32,000 bases of DNA from Aulosira sp. FACHB-615 (lineage in GTDB: Bacteria > Cyanobacteriota > Cyanobacteriia > Cyanobacteriales > Nostocaceae), in NCBI RefSeq assembly GCF_014698045.1, contig NZ_JACJSE010000019.1, forward strand, positions 84,625 to 116,624. The letters run 5' to 3'. A program made the position numbers and the translations under genes. Below are positions 1-8,586 of this stretch, one piece after another. Each line of letters opens with the position of its first letter. Positions within the stretch are counted from its first letter, which is position 1. Under the pieces are notes generated by a model. The model worked only from the letters and a program-made list of their open reading frames with translations. It made no database searches and was not told the origin of the DNA.

Positions 1-1
1 T

Positions 2-874
2 TACGAAAAATCACAGAAAACAGCTGATAGCAAGAAAGCTGACTGTGACAAAGCTCAGAAAGACGCTGATACAAAGAAAGCTAATTACGAGAAATCAAAG
101 AAAACAGCTGAGACAAAGAAAGCTGACTGTGATAAAGCTCAGAAAGAAGCTCAAAGTAAGAAAGCTGACTGTGACAAGGCTCAGAAAGACGCTGATACAA
201 AGAAAGCTAATTACGAGAAATCAAAGAAAACAGCTGAGACAAAGAAAGCTGATTGTGACAAGGCTCAGAAAGAAGCTCAGAGCAAGAAGGATGATTGTGA
301 CAAGGCTCAGAAAGAAGCTCAGAGCAAGAAGGATGATTGTGACAAGGCTCAGAAACATTCTGACAACAAAAAGTCTGAGGCTTACAACAAGAAAGTAGAG
401 TGTGATAAGGCGGAGAAGGAGTCTGGTACACCCACACCAGCACCAGCACCAGCGCCAGCACCAGCACCAGTACCCGCACCAGTACCCGCACCTGCACCCG
501 CGCCAGTACCAGCACCCGCGCCAGTACCTGCACCAGTACCTGCACCTGCACCCGCGCCAGTACCTGCACCTGCACCCGCGCCTGAACCAGCACCAGTACC
601 AGCGCCTGCACCAGCACCAGTACCAGCGCCTGCACCCGCGCCTGAACCAGCACCCGCACCAGCACCCGCACCAGCGCCTGCACCCGTACCAGCACCCGCA
701 CCAGTACCCGCACCAGCGCCTGCACCATCTCCATCTCCCACAACTTACTATCAACCACCTGCTTCTCAGCCTCAGCCAAAGAAGGTACCTGAACCTAGTA
801 CATTAGCTGCGTTAGGCTTGTTTGGTCTCTGTACATTCAAACTGAAGAAAGTTAACAAGAAAAATGATGTGTAA
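2..874 (+). CDS. PEP-CTERM sorting-domain repeat protein, 5'-truncated by the window edge
   Basis: Frame 2 is open from nt 2 to TAA at 872-874. It is absent from the supplied track because no start codon lies in the window. Translation: YEKSQKTADS, then 14-aa units KKxDCDKAQKxAxx, then about 100 aa of (A/V/E/S)P dipeptides. The C-terminus reads ...QPKKVPEPSTLAALGLFGLCTFKLKKVNKKNDV*, i.e. PEP motif + hydrophobic helix + basic cluster, which is the exosortase/PEP-CTERM signal. Confidence 0.75.
   Translation, partial: YEKSQKTADSKKADCDKAQKDADTKKANYEKSKKTAETKKADCDKAQKEAQSKKADCDKAQKDADTKKANYEKSKKTAETKKADCDKAQKEAQSKKDDCDKAQKEAQSKKDDCDKAQKHSDNKKSEAYNKKVECDKAEKESGTPTPAPAPAPAPAPVPAPVPAPAPAPVPAPAPVPAPVPAPAPAPVPAPAPAPEPAPVPAPAPAPVPAPAPAPEPAPAPAPAPAPAPVPAPAPVPAPAPAPSPSPTTYYQPPASQPQPKKVPEPSTLAALGLFGLCTFKLKKVNKKNDV
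32..424 (+). repeat. Coding tandem repeat, 42-nt (14-aa) base unit arranged in 126-nt higher-order units
   Basis: gctcagaaagacgctgatacaaagaaagctaattacgag... at 53 recurs at 179 (offset 126 nt). The 42-nt units KKADCDKAQKEAQS / KKADCDKAQKDADT / KKANYEKSKKTAET / KKDDCDKAQKEAQS follow head to tail, with one Cys per CDKA unit. Confidence 0.85.
428..739 (+). repeat. Low-complexity coding spacer, (Ala/Val/Glu/Ser)-Pro dipeptide run
   Basis: gcaccagcaccagtacccgcacct... translates in frame 2 to TPTPAPAPAPAPAPVPAPVPAPAPAPVP...PAPSPSP. Every other frame is also open, which produces the spurious track ORFs here. Confidence 0.85.
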
Positions 875-913
875 GCTTCGGCAATACTTTTAAGCTTTCA
901 TCTTTAGCTATAT

Positions 914-955
914 ATGGGTTGAGAGGTAACAAAAAACTTCTCGCCCATTTTTTTA
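914..955 (+). terminator. Candidate rho-independent terminator between the convergent PEP-CTERM gene and ABC ATPase gene
   Basis: atgggttgagagg (914-926) pairs with cttctcgcccat (937-948), allowing one bulge and G-U pairs. The stem is followed by a T7 run at 948-954. Confidence 0.45.
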
Positions 956-1729
956 TACAGCAGAAATGGCACAAACTTGTAAACCAACTGGTGTTTGTAT
1001 AATTACAGCGTCTACACCAAAAACTTGTGCGATCGCCTGGGGTGTTAACACTTCTTTGGGCGTACCAACTCCCCAAAGTTCTCCTTGTTTTAATAAGGCA
1101 ATCCGAGAACTATAGCGTGCTGCTAAATTTAATTCATGTAACACTGTGACTATTGTTAATTCCTGTTGTTGATTTAAATCTTTTAACAATTCTAATAATT
1201 GCAGTTGATAATTTATATCTAAATAAGTAGTTGGTTCATCTAATAATAAAACTTTGGGTTCTTGCGCTAATGCTAAAGCTAAAAAGGCGCGTTGTCTTTC
1301 ACCACCAGAAAGTTGTTCGACTGGGCGATCGCACTTATTTTCTAATTGGGTTTTTTGAATTGCTAAATCAACTTTTTGCCAATCTTGGGCTGTTAATTCC
1401 CATTGCCACCAAGGTTGATGCGGTGTGCGTCCTAAGCTGACTAATTGCCGCACATTCAATCCTACTGGGACAGTTTGTTGTTGTGGTAATAATGCCAATT
1501 TCTGAGCTACTACATTCGGCGGTTGAGAATGAATTGCTTTACCATCCAGTAAGACAATTCCTTTTTGGGGTGTCAAAATTCGACTTAATAATTTGAGTAA
1601 TGTTGATTTACCAGAACCATTCGCACCAACTAAACTTAACCATTCTCCGGTTTGCAATGTGAGGTTAATATCTTGAACAATTGGTTCTGCGGTGTAACCA
1701 CCAGTGAGATTTTGTAATTCTAGAGGCAT
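953..1729 (-). CDS. ABC transporter ATP-binding protein, iron-chelate/cobalamin (FecE/FhuC/BtuD) type
   Basis: Walker A GANGSGKST, signature LSGGERQR and Walker B LLLDEPTTYLD. It lies immediately downstream of a FecCD-type permease. Confidence 0.85.
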   Translation of the reverse strand: MPLELQNLTGGYTAEPIVQDINLTLQTGEWLSLVGANGSGKSTLLKLLSRILTPQKGIVLLDGKAIHSQPPNVVAQKLALLPQQQTVPVGLNVRQLVSLGRTPHQPWWQWELTAQDWQKVDLAIQKTQLENKCDRPVEQLSGGERQRAFLALALAQEPKVLLLDEPTTYLDINYQLQLLELLKDLNQQQELTIVTVLHELNLAARYSSRIALLKQGELWGVGTPKEVLTPQAIAQVFGVDAVIIQTPVGLQVCAISAV

Positions 1730-1744
1730 TTTATATTAGGTGAT

Positions 1745-1765
1745 AGGTTAGAGGTTAGAGGTTAC
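1745..1765. repeat. STRR-type heptamer repeat (aggttag x3) in the permease-ATPase intercistronic gap
   Basis: aggttag aggttag aggttac read directly. The same heptamer array occurs at 22433-22460. Confidence 0.8.
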
Positions 1766-1799
1766 AGATTTAACAGCTTGTCTATTCTGCATTCTGCTT

Positions 1800-2816
1800 T
1801 TACGATTTGCCTAATCCAGAAGAACGACGATATAGCAACCAAATAAATAAAGGTGAACCTAATAAAGCAGTCACAGAACCTACTGGTAATTCGACTGCGC
1901 CTAGTCTAGAGAGTAAATCTGCAAAGGTGAGTAACCATGCACCCGCCAGTGCTGACAGTGGTAAAACAAAACGGTGGTCTGTACCCACTAGCAAGCGGAC
2001 TCCGTGGGGTACTATCAAACCAACAAAGCCAATCAAACCACTAATGCTAACTGCACCTGCGGCGAGTAAAGTTGCAACACCACCAATTAATAAACGCGAT
2101 CGCGTTAATGATACTCCCAAACCCACAGCCAAATCATCACCCAAAGCCAGCACATTCACAGACCGCGCCAGCAACCATCCGCACAGCAGCGCCACCAGAA
2201 TATAAGGCCCTGCTGTCGTAATTTCTTTCCATCCCCTAGCATTCAAGCTACCCACCAACCAACTCAACGCCACTTGAATGCGACCATCTTCAGCAAGTAA
2301 TAATAATGTACTCTGCACCGCACCCAATAAAGAACTGACCGCGACCCCTCCCAAAATCAGCCGTTCAATGGAAATTCCTGAACCAGCGCGACCCAAAAAA
2401 ATCACTATGGCTGAGGTCAAAATTGCACCCAGCCACGCCGCAAAGGGAATAGCAATGGGGAAAAATTGCAAAGTGATCATCACAATCACAATCAATCCTG
2501 CACCTGCGGAAATCCCTAAAATAAAAGGGTCAGCTAGGCTGTTGCGTAACATTCCTTGCAGTAGTGCGCCAGACATTCCCAAAGCTGCACCCACAATCAT
2601 CGCAGCCACAATTCGCGGTAGCCGTAAATCCCAGATAATAGTTTGATTGGTGGGGTCGCCTTGATGCAAAATCGCCTCCCACAATTGCGAAAAACTCAAG
2701 AGGACTGCACCTTGAGACAGTGACAGCACTAGAGTCATGATTAGTGCTGTACTGATGAGTAACACAGCCCAGAATATGCGGTTTTTGGTAACAGCAGCTG
2801 ATAAAGGAATTTTCAT
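1800..2816 (-). CDS. FecCD-family iron-chelate/B12 ABC transporter permease
   Basis: 338 aa, multi-pass hydrophobic protein with typical FecCD/BtuC strings: RLPRIVAAMIVGAALGMSGALLQGMLRNSLADPFILGISAGAGL and LALGDDLAVGLGVS. Confidence 0.85.
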   Translation of the reverse strand: MKIPLSAAVTKNRIFWAVLLISTALIMTLVLSLSQGAVLLSFSQLWEAILHQGDPTNQTIIWDLRLPRIVAAMIVGAALGMSGALLQGMLRNSLADPFILGISAGAGLIVIVMITLQFFPIAIPFAAWLGAILTSAIVIFLGRAGSGISIERLILGGVAVSSLLGAVQSTLLLLAEDGRIQVALSWLVGSLNARGWKEITTAGPYILVALLCGWLLARSVNVLALGDDLAVGLGVSLTRSRLLIGGVATLLAAGAVSISGLIGFVGLIVPHGVRLLVGTDHRFVLPLSALAGAWLLTFADLLSRLGAVELPVGSVTALLGSPLFIWLLYRRSSGLGKS

Positions 2817-2861
2817 TAATAGACTTTAGGGACTTCCAATTAAAAAATATCCCATCATCTG

Positions 2862-3128
2862 GAGATAGGGAAGACGTGGGAGACAAGGGGGACAAGGTAG
2901 ACAAGGTGACAAGGTAGATAAGAGAGAAAAAGCTAGTGAATTAAGACTTACGCATAAAGGTTGTGTATTGAGAATATGTGTAAGGTTTTGAACTTCAAAC
3001 TCTTGATTTTTTGTCCTATTACGTAAGCACTCAGAATGTTATTACCTAAATCCTCCACTATCTTCCTTGTCCCCCTCATCTCCCTTGTCTTCCTTGTCCT
3101 CCTCATCTCCCCTATCTCCCTCGTCCTC
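2862..3128. repeat. Large imperfect inverted repeat (MITE-like) filling the intergenic region; arms built of gacaagg/ggagata-type heptamers
   Basis: Left arm: ggagatagggaagacgtgggagacaagggggacaaggtagacaaggtgacaagg. The right arm, 3061-3128, is its approximate reverse complement: cttccttgtccccctcatctcccttgtcttccttgtcctcctcatctcccctatctccc. There is an inner pair cttacgcat / ttacgtaag. A single related arm occurs at 21681-21725. Confidence 0.6.
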
Positions 3129-3129
3129 C

Positions 3130-4152
3130 CTAAATTACCGTTGGGTCTTCACTGACTTTCACAACCAGCTTGCCAAAATTTTCACCCCGCAATAAGCCAA
3201 TAAAAGCACGGGGCGCGTTTTCTAAACCAACTACGACATCTTCTTTATATTTCAGTTGACCAGATTTTAACCAACCAGCCACATCACTCACAAATTCATT
3301 GGTGCGATGTTGGTAGTCACGCACTAAAAAACCTTTGATTAACGCACGTTTGATTAACAAAGGTCTTAAGTTTGGCCCAGGAGGCGTGGATGTGGCGTTA
3401 TATTCGGAAATCAAGCCGACTAAGGGAATCCGCGCCCCTAAGTTGATTTGCTGCAACACTGTTTCTAATATCACCCCAGCCGTATTATCAAAATAAATGT
3501 CAATACCATTAGGCGCTGCGGCTTTTAATGCTGCATCAAGTTCTTGGGTTTTGCGATTAATCCCCACATCAAAGCCTAGTTCTTTGACTAGATAATCTCG
3601 CTTGTCATCACTGCCAACAATACCAATAACTCGACAGCCTTTGATTTTGGCAATTTGACCTGCAACTGCACCCACAGCCCCAGAAGCAGCAGAAATCACT
3701 ACTGTTTCGCCTGCTTGGGGTTGACCAATATCCAACAGCGCCGCGTAAGCAGTTAGTCCAGGCATACCCAACACACCCAAACTATAAGATAAAGGTGCTT
3801 GGCTGGGATCAAGTTTCCGCAATGTTTCGCCTTTGGCTACTGCATAAGTTTGCCAACCATTACCACTCAGAACAAAATCCCCGGCTTGAAATTGCGGATG
3901 ATTTGATTGAATGACTTGGCTAACTGTACCACCCACAATGACGGAGTTTAATTCCACATTGGCTGCATAAGACTCTCCCTCACTAATTAACCCACGCATA
4001 TAAGGGTCTAGAGATAAATAAATTGTGCGGCTGAGAACTTCGCCTTCGCCGGGTTCTGAAATTGGCGCTTCGACTAAGGCAAAATCACTTGCTTTTGGTT
4101 CACCAACAGGGCGACTTTTGAGCAAGATTTGTTTGTTAATTAAATCAGACAT
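3130..4152 (-). CDS. NADP-dependent medium-chain reductase (alkenal/one oxidoreductase, YncB/CurA/PTGR1-like)
   Basis: 340 aa. Rossmann motif AASGAVGAVAGQIAK. N-terminal MSDLINKQILLKSRPVGEPKASDFALVE and C-terminal ENAPRAFIGLLRGENFGKLVVKV are typical of this MDR subfamily. Confidence 0.75.
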   Translation of the reverse strand: MSDLINKQILLKSRPVGEPKASDFALVEAPISEPGEGEVLSRTIYLSLDPYMRGLISEGESYAANVELNSVIVGGTVSQVIQSNHPQFQAGDFVLSGNGWQTYAVAKGETLRKLDPSQAPLSYSLGVLGMPGLTAYAALLDIGQPQAGETVVISAASGAVGAVAGQIAKIKGCRVIGIVGSDDKRDYLVKELGFDVGINRKTQELDAALKAAAPNGIDIYFDNTAGVILETVLQQINLGARIPLVGLISEYNATSTPPGPNLRPLLIKRALIKGFLVRDYQHRTNEFVSDVAGWLKSGQLKYKEDVVVGLENAPRAFIGLLRGENFGKLVVKVSEDPTVI

Positions 4153-4155
4153 AAG

Positions 4156-4527
4156 TTATTCCTTGGTAAATTCGGCAATTTCTATTCTGTTTCCACCAGG
4201 ATCACGGATAAAAAAGCGATTAAATCCCGGAATTGGTGTTCCTGGCAGAATTTCCACATCATAGGCTTTTAAATGTTCGGCGAACCCATGCAAATCATTG
4301 ACTCGAAAACAAACATGTCGTCTAGATGTTTGATTATGGGTGTTTTCTTCTGGACTTACATGAATTTCTGTATTCCCCAACAAATACCACCCTCCAGAAT
4401 TACTGGCTTCAGGTGGGTTAATTTCGCTTAATCCCAAAACTTGACTGTAAAAAAACAGTATCGCCTCCTCAACTTCTCGCTGATAGGTTACTTGTATATG
4501 ATGAACTGCCTCAAGTCGCATCTCCAT
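4156..4527 (-). CDS. VOC-family (glyoxalase/bleomycin-resistance/dioxygenase fold) protein
   Basis: 123 aa with the VHHIQV...HVCFRV...FIRDPGGNRIEI pattern of VOC metal-binding beta-alpha-beta-beta-beta modules. Its stop lies 3 nt from the start of the downstream reductase, so the two are likely co-transcribed. Confidence 0.65.
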   Translation of the reverse strand: MEMRLEAVHHIQVTYQREVEEAILFFYSQVLGLSEINPPEASNSGGWYLLGNTEIHVSPEENTHNQTSRRHVCFRVNDLHGFAEHLKAYDVEILPGTPIPGFNRFFIRDPGGNRIEIAEFTKE

Positions 4528-4693
4528 TCTCCTGTTGATATAAATGTCACTGGGTTGAGAAAAAATACTTGCTATTCAACAATGTTTGTGGAATACTACT
4601 CTTAAAGTACGATAAATCGGTAAAGATTTAGTAGTATTTTTAGACAAACCATAAAAATCCTGTCCTCAAAGGAATTGTGGACTAATTCTTAAG

Positions 4694-5449
4694 ATGACAA
4701 ACCCAGGAATTCGGATTAATCGAGTTAAAGTCCCCAACGGAGATTTACAGATTGACGCTTATTTAGCGGAACCTGTCAAAGAAGGGAAATTTCCCGCCGT
4801 GATTGTGATTCAGGAAATCTTTGGAGTCAACATCCACATTCGGGAAGTTGCAGAAAGACTAGCGAATGAGGGGTATGTAGCGATCGCACCAGCATTGTTT
4901 CAACGAACTGCGCCTGGTTTTGATGCTGGTTATACCCCTGATGATATTCAGCGTGGACGCGCGGCCAAGGATCAGACAAAAGCCCAAGAGATACTGAGTG
5001 ATATTCAAGCAGCGATCGCTTACTTGCGAACTCTACCAAATGTCAAAGGAGATGCGATCGGTTCTATTGGTTTCTGTTTTGGGGGTCATGTTGTTTATCT
5101 AGCAGCCACCTTACCAGATATCAAAGCCACAGCTTCCTTTTACGGTGGGGGAATTCCTAATTCTACGCCCGGTGGTGGAGAGCCGACAATTACCCGTACC
5201 TCAGAGATTAAAAACCCAATTTACGCCTTCTTTGGTACAGAAGATAAAGGTATTCCTTTAGAACAAACCGAACAAGTAGAAGCGGAATTACAAAAACACC
5301 GCATTCCCCATCAAATTTTCCGCTATTCTGGTGCAGAACATGGCTTTTTCTGCAATCATCGCGCCAGCTATAATGCCGAAGCTGCGGCTGATGCTTGGAA
5401 GCAAGTTTTAGGACTATTTCAGAAAAATTTACAATTGCAGCCAGTTTAA
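4694..5449 (+). CDS. Dienelactone hydrolase family protein
   Basis: 251 aa. PAVIVIQEIFGVN, nucleophile elbow GFCFGG (Cys type) and C-terminal AEHGF are typical DLH motifs. Confidence 0.75.
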   Translation: MTNPGIRINRVKVPNGDLQIDAYLAEPVKEGKFPAVIVIQEIFGVNIHIREVAERLANEGYVAIAPALFQRTAPGFDAGYTPDDIQRGRAAKDQTKAQEILSDIQAAIAYLRTLPNVKGDAIGSIGFCFGGHVVYLAATLPDIKATASFYGGGIPNSTPGGGEPTITRTSEIKNPIYAFFGTEDKGIPLEQTEQVEAELQKHRIPHQIFRYSGAEHGFFCNHRASYNAEAAADAWKQVLGLFQKNLQLQPV

Positions 5450-5770
5450 ACCTGAATTGCCTATTAAACATAACTCCTCCCTACCGCATAAATAACCTCT
5501 GCCATAAATTCACTGACTTGGTGATTGGTAATTAATTATTAGTTCCCAATTGCCAGTCTTTACTTGTGTAGATGTTTACAAATTTACGAACCCAAGAACG
5601 AAAAATAATTTTTGGGCAATTTATTAAGTCAGTGAAAACTGACTTCAATTTGTCGTGTCTAGCTTTTTTCCGAAACTTAAAAAAACAAACATTGATGTGA
5701 AAGCAGTAATGCTAACTACTGAACAATATGCCGCAATAACTCCGAAAACAATTAGCCAGAGATAGGATTT

Positions 5771-6907
5771 ATGGAAATATTTTGGTATTTACCGACCCAA
5801 GGCGATGAACGATATTTAGGGACAAAAATTGGTAGACGACAAGCTAATTATCCTTATATGCAGCAAATTGCCCAAGCTGTGGATAAATTAGGCTACGGTG
5901 GGATGTTAATTGGGACGGGACAAAAGCAGGATACTTGGATTGTGGCTGCTTCTTTGATTCCAGTGACAGAACGCTTACGGTTTTTGGTGGCGTTTCGTCC
6001 AGCCATTATGTCACCTTCCCTTGCGGTGAGAATGGCGGCTACCTTTGACCAACTTTCTAACGGTCGGATTATTTTAAACGTGGTGACTGGTGGTGACTCT
6101 AAAGAATTAGCGAAAGATGGAGTTTTCTTAGACCATGACCAGCGTTATGAATTGACTGATGAATTTTTAACAATTTGGCGATCGCTTATGCAAGGTGATG
6201 ACGTAACCTTCAAAGGTCGCCACCTGCAAGTTGAGGGTGCTAAATTACAATTCCCCCCAGTCCAAAAGCCTTACCCGACTTTATATTTTGGCGGTTCTTC
6301 TGATGCGGCTTTGCAAGTTGCAGCCAAACACATCGATGTTTATTTAACTTGGGGTGAACCACCAGCCCAAGTTGCCGAAAAAATTGCTAAAGTCCGCCAA
6401 TTAGCAGCAGAACAAGGTAGAACAGTCCGTTTTGGCATTCGGATGCACGTTATCGTCCGGGAAACCACCCAAAAGGCTTGGGATGCAGCCAACGAACTAA
6501 TCAAATATCTCGATGATGACACAATTGCATCTGCTCACAAACGCTTTGTCCAGTCAGAATCAGCAGGACAACGGCGGATGGCGCAGCTAAATAACGGTAG
6601 TCGCCAAAATTTAGAAATTAGCCCGAATTTATGGTCTGGTGTCGGGTTAGTCCGGGGTGGTGCAGGTACAGCCTTAGTCGGAGATCCAGACACAGTGGCC
6701 GCCAGAATACAGGAATATGCTGATTTGGGGATTGATACCTTTGTATTTTCCGGCTACCCCCACTTAGAAGAAGCTTATCGCGTCGCTGAGTTACTTTTCC
6801 CCCGCTTACCACTGCAAACTCCGCAAAACGCCATACCACAGCAATTACCAACACCCTTTAACGAGTTTGTCACCAAGACAGATTTACTTAAACCCCAGCC
6901 TGTGTAG
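5771..6907 (+). CDS. ssuD: FMNH2-dependent alkanesulfonate monooxygenase (LLM class)
   Basis: [18 protein letters not shown]..., [99 protein letters not shown] are collinear with E. coli SsuD as I recall it. Confidence 0.85.
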   Translation: MEIFWYLPTQGDERYLGTKIGRRQANYPYMQQIAQAVDKLGYGGMLIGTGQKQDTWIVAASLIPVTERLRFLVAFRPAIMSPSLAVRMAATFDQLSNGRIILNVVTGGDSKELAKDGVFLDHDQRYELTDEFLTIWRSLMQGDDVTFKGRHLQVEGAKLQFPPVQKPYPTLYFGGSSDAALQVAAKHIDVYLTWGEPPAQVAEKIAKVRQLAAEQGRTVRFGIRMHVIVRETTQKAWDAANELIKYLDDDTIASAHKRFVQSESAGQRRMAQLNNGSRQNLEISPNLWSGVGLVRGGAGTALVGDPDTVAARIQEYADLGIDTFVFSGYPHLEEAYRVAELLFPRLPLQTPQNAIPQQLPTPFNEFVTKTDLLKPQPV

Positions 6908-6951
6908 TTGCAGGCGATCGCATTTATGTTTCTACCATAAGGATAAAAGTA

Positions 6952-8331
6952 ATGAGTACGCCAAAAAAACAAATAAAGCTGGGTGCATTTTTATCCAGTA
7001 GTGGACATCACCTAGCCTCATGGCGGCATCCCAATGCACAAGCTGACGGTGGTTTGAACTTAAACCATTTTAAACGCCTTGCCCAGACCGCAGAACGGGG
7101 CAAATTTGATATGATTTTCTTTGCTGATGGAGTATCTGTGCGCGATCGCGGTCAAGGTACAGAAGTTTTAAGCCGGAATGGGAAACTCGTCCATTTTGAA
7201 CCCCTGACCCTGCTTTCAGCCTTGTCTGTAGTCACAGAACGCATTGGGTTAACCGCGACAGTCTCCACCACCTACAACGAACCCTATCACCTCGCCCGGA
7301 AGTTTGCTTCCCTCGACTATCTTAGTGGTGGTCGTGCTGGTTGGAATCTCGTCACCTCCGCCACCGAATCAGAAGCATTGAACTTCAACCGAGAACAACA
7401 CATGGAACATACTCTGCGTTATGAACGCGCCCGCGAGTTTGTCGATGTTGTCACTAAACTTTGGGACAGTTGGGAAGACGATGCTTTCTTGCAAGATAAA
7501 GAATCAGGTATTTACTTCGACCCAGATAAATTACACGTTCCCAACCACAAAGGCGAACATTTTGCGGTGCGCGGCCCGTTGAATGTCGCGCGTCCCATCC
7601 AAGGATATCCAGTCATTATTCAAGCTGGTTCCTCAGAAGATGGTAAAAATCTCGCCGCCCAAACCGCAGAAGTTATCTTCACAGCCCAACAAACCCTAGA
7701 AGAAGCCCAAGCCTTCTATACTGACGTGAAAGGTAGACTCGCCCAATATGGACGTTCCCCAGAACATCTGAAAATTATGCCCGGTGTATTCCCCGTCATT
7801 GGTAGAACTGAACAAGAAGCCAAGGATAAATTCGAGCAAATTCAAGAGTTAATTGATCCTGTGGTTGGCTTGAATTTGTTGGGAGGAATGATTGGTGGAT
7901 TTGATTTATCAGCCTACCCATTAGATGGGCCATTACCAGAACTTCCGGAGACAAACGGTGGTAAAAGCCGTCAAAAACTTTTGACAGACCTCGCTCGCAG
8001 AGAAAATTTAACAATTCGACAACTGTATTTATCAATAGCTGGCGCACGCGGACATCGGCAAATTCTCGGCACACCAGAACAAATTGCTGACCAATTAGAA
8101 GATTGGTTTATTCATGGTGGGGCTGATGGATTTAATATTATGCCGCCTTGGCTACCGGGAGGTTTAGATGAGTTTGTAGATTTGGTCATCCCCGAACTGC
8201 AACGCCGGGGACTATTCCGCACCGAGTATGAAGGCTGGACACTGCGTGAACATCTTGAGTTACCTCGTCCAGTTAACCAGTTTAGTCAAACGCAAGTTAA
8301 TTCTCAAACTGTAGCAGTTGCTTCTGTTTGA
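6952..8331 (+). CDS. LLM-class flavin-dependent monooxygenase, NtaA/SnaA/DszA (SoxA) family
   Basis: 459 aa. MSTPKKQIKLGAFL...GHHLASWRHP, FDMIFFADG, YHLARKFASLDYLSGGRAGWNLVTS and GADGFNIMP are typical of the nitrilotriacetate monooxygenase component A family. Confidence 0.8.
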   Translation: MSTPKKQIKLGAFLSSSGHHLASWRHPNAQADGGLNLNHFKRLAQTAERGKFDMIFFADGVSVRDRGQGTEVLSRNGKLVHFEPLTLLSALSVVTERIGLTATVSTTYNEPYHLARKFASLDYLSGGRAGWNLVTSATESEALNFNREQHMEHTLRYERAREFVDVVTKLWDSWEDDAFLQDKESGIYFDPDKLHVPNHKGEHFAVRGPLNVARPIQGYPVIIQAGSSEDGKNLAAQTAEVIFTAQQTLEEAQAFYTDVKGRLAQYGRSPEHLKIMPGVFPVIGRTEQEAKDKFEQIQELIDPVVGLNLLGGMIGGFDLSAYPLDGPLPELPETNGGKSRQKLLTDLARRENLTIRQLYLSIAGARGHRQILGTPEQIADQLEDWFIHGGADGFNIMPPWLPGGLDEFVDLVIPELQRRGLFRTEYEGWTLREHLELPRPVNQFSQTQVNSQTVAVASV

Positions 8332-8353
8332 TCAATCTCTTAATTTCTCAAGC

Positions 8354-8390
8354 AGAGGGGTATACAGATGTATGCCCCTCTATCTTTAAT
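8354..8390 (+). terminator. Candidate terminator hairpin after the LLM monooxygenase gene
   Basis: agaggggtata (8354-8364) pairs with tatgcccctct (8371-8381), followed by atctttaatt. The U tract is weak. Confidence 0.4.
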
Positions 8391-8410
8391 TAGATTACAT
8401 TCTTTACGCA

Positions 8411-8536
8411 ATGTGCGACTTGATCTCAAACCTAACCCCCAACCCCTTCCCTTGTAGGGAAGGGGAGTAAGAATTAAAGCCTCTCTCCGTTGCGGGGAGA
8501 GGAATGGAAGTGGGGTTTAAAAAATAAGTCGCACAT
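8411..8536. mobile_element. MITE-like element with 11-bp perfect terminal inverted repeats
   Basis: atgtgcgactt (8411-8421) and aagtcgcacat (8526-8536). Two internal hairpins: ccccttcccttgtagggaagggg and cctctctccgttgcggggagagg. No ORF. Confidence 0.65.
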
Positions 8537-8586
8537 CTGTTATGCTCAGGAAAATAAGTATAATCTCGGAATATTATTGTTAAGTT

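Noticed and set aside
45-806. Five overlapping track ORFs (45-398 +, 207-779 -, 221-754 -, 382-741 -, 402-806 +)
   Set aside because: All lie in the coding repeat or the (A/V)P low-complexity tract of the frame-2 PEP-CTERM gene. Their translations are monotonous R/K/L, G/A, W/C/R or H/Q strings with no motifs. Only frame 2 ends in a recognisable sorting signal.
1807-2904. Antisense/shadow ORFs inside the permease (1807-2205 +, 2278-2646 +, 2530-2904 -) and similar ones inside the kinases, protease and hom (e.g. 14170-14712 +, 19488-19925 -, 26541-26783 -)
   Set aside because: They lie opposite to or out of frame with strongly supported genes. They have no motifs and show biased low-complexity composition typical of shadow frames.
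2817-3129. Cobalamin or other riboswitch upstream of the FecCD permease
   Set aside because: No B12-box-like sequence is present. The region is fully accounted for by the heptamer-based inverted repeat.
5709-5765. 18-codon uORF ([18 protein letters not shown]) ending 5 nt before the ssuD ATG, as a possible sulfur-sensing leader peptide
   Set aside because: It has no Cys/Met enrichment, no SD and no attenuator-like alternative hairpins that I could draw. It is indistinguishable from a chance ORF.
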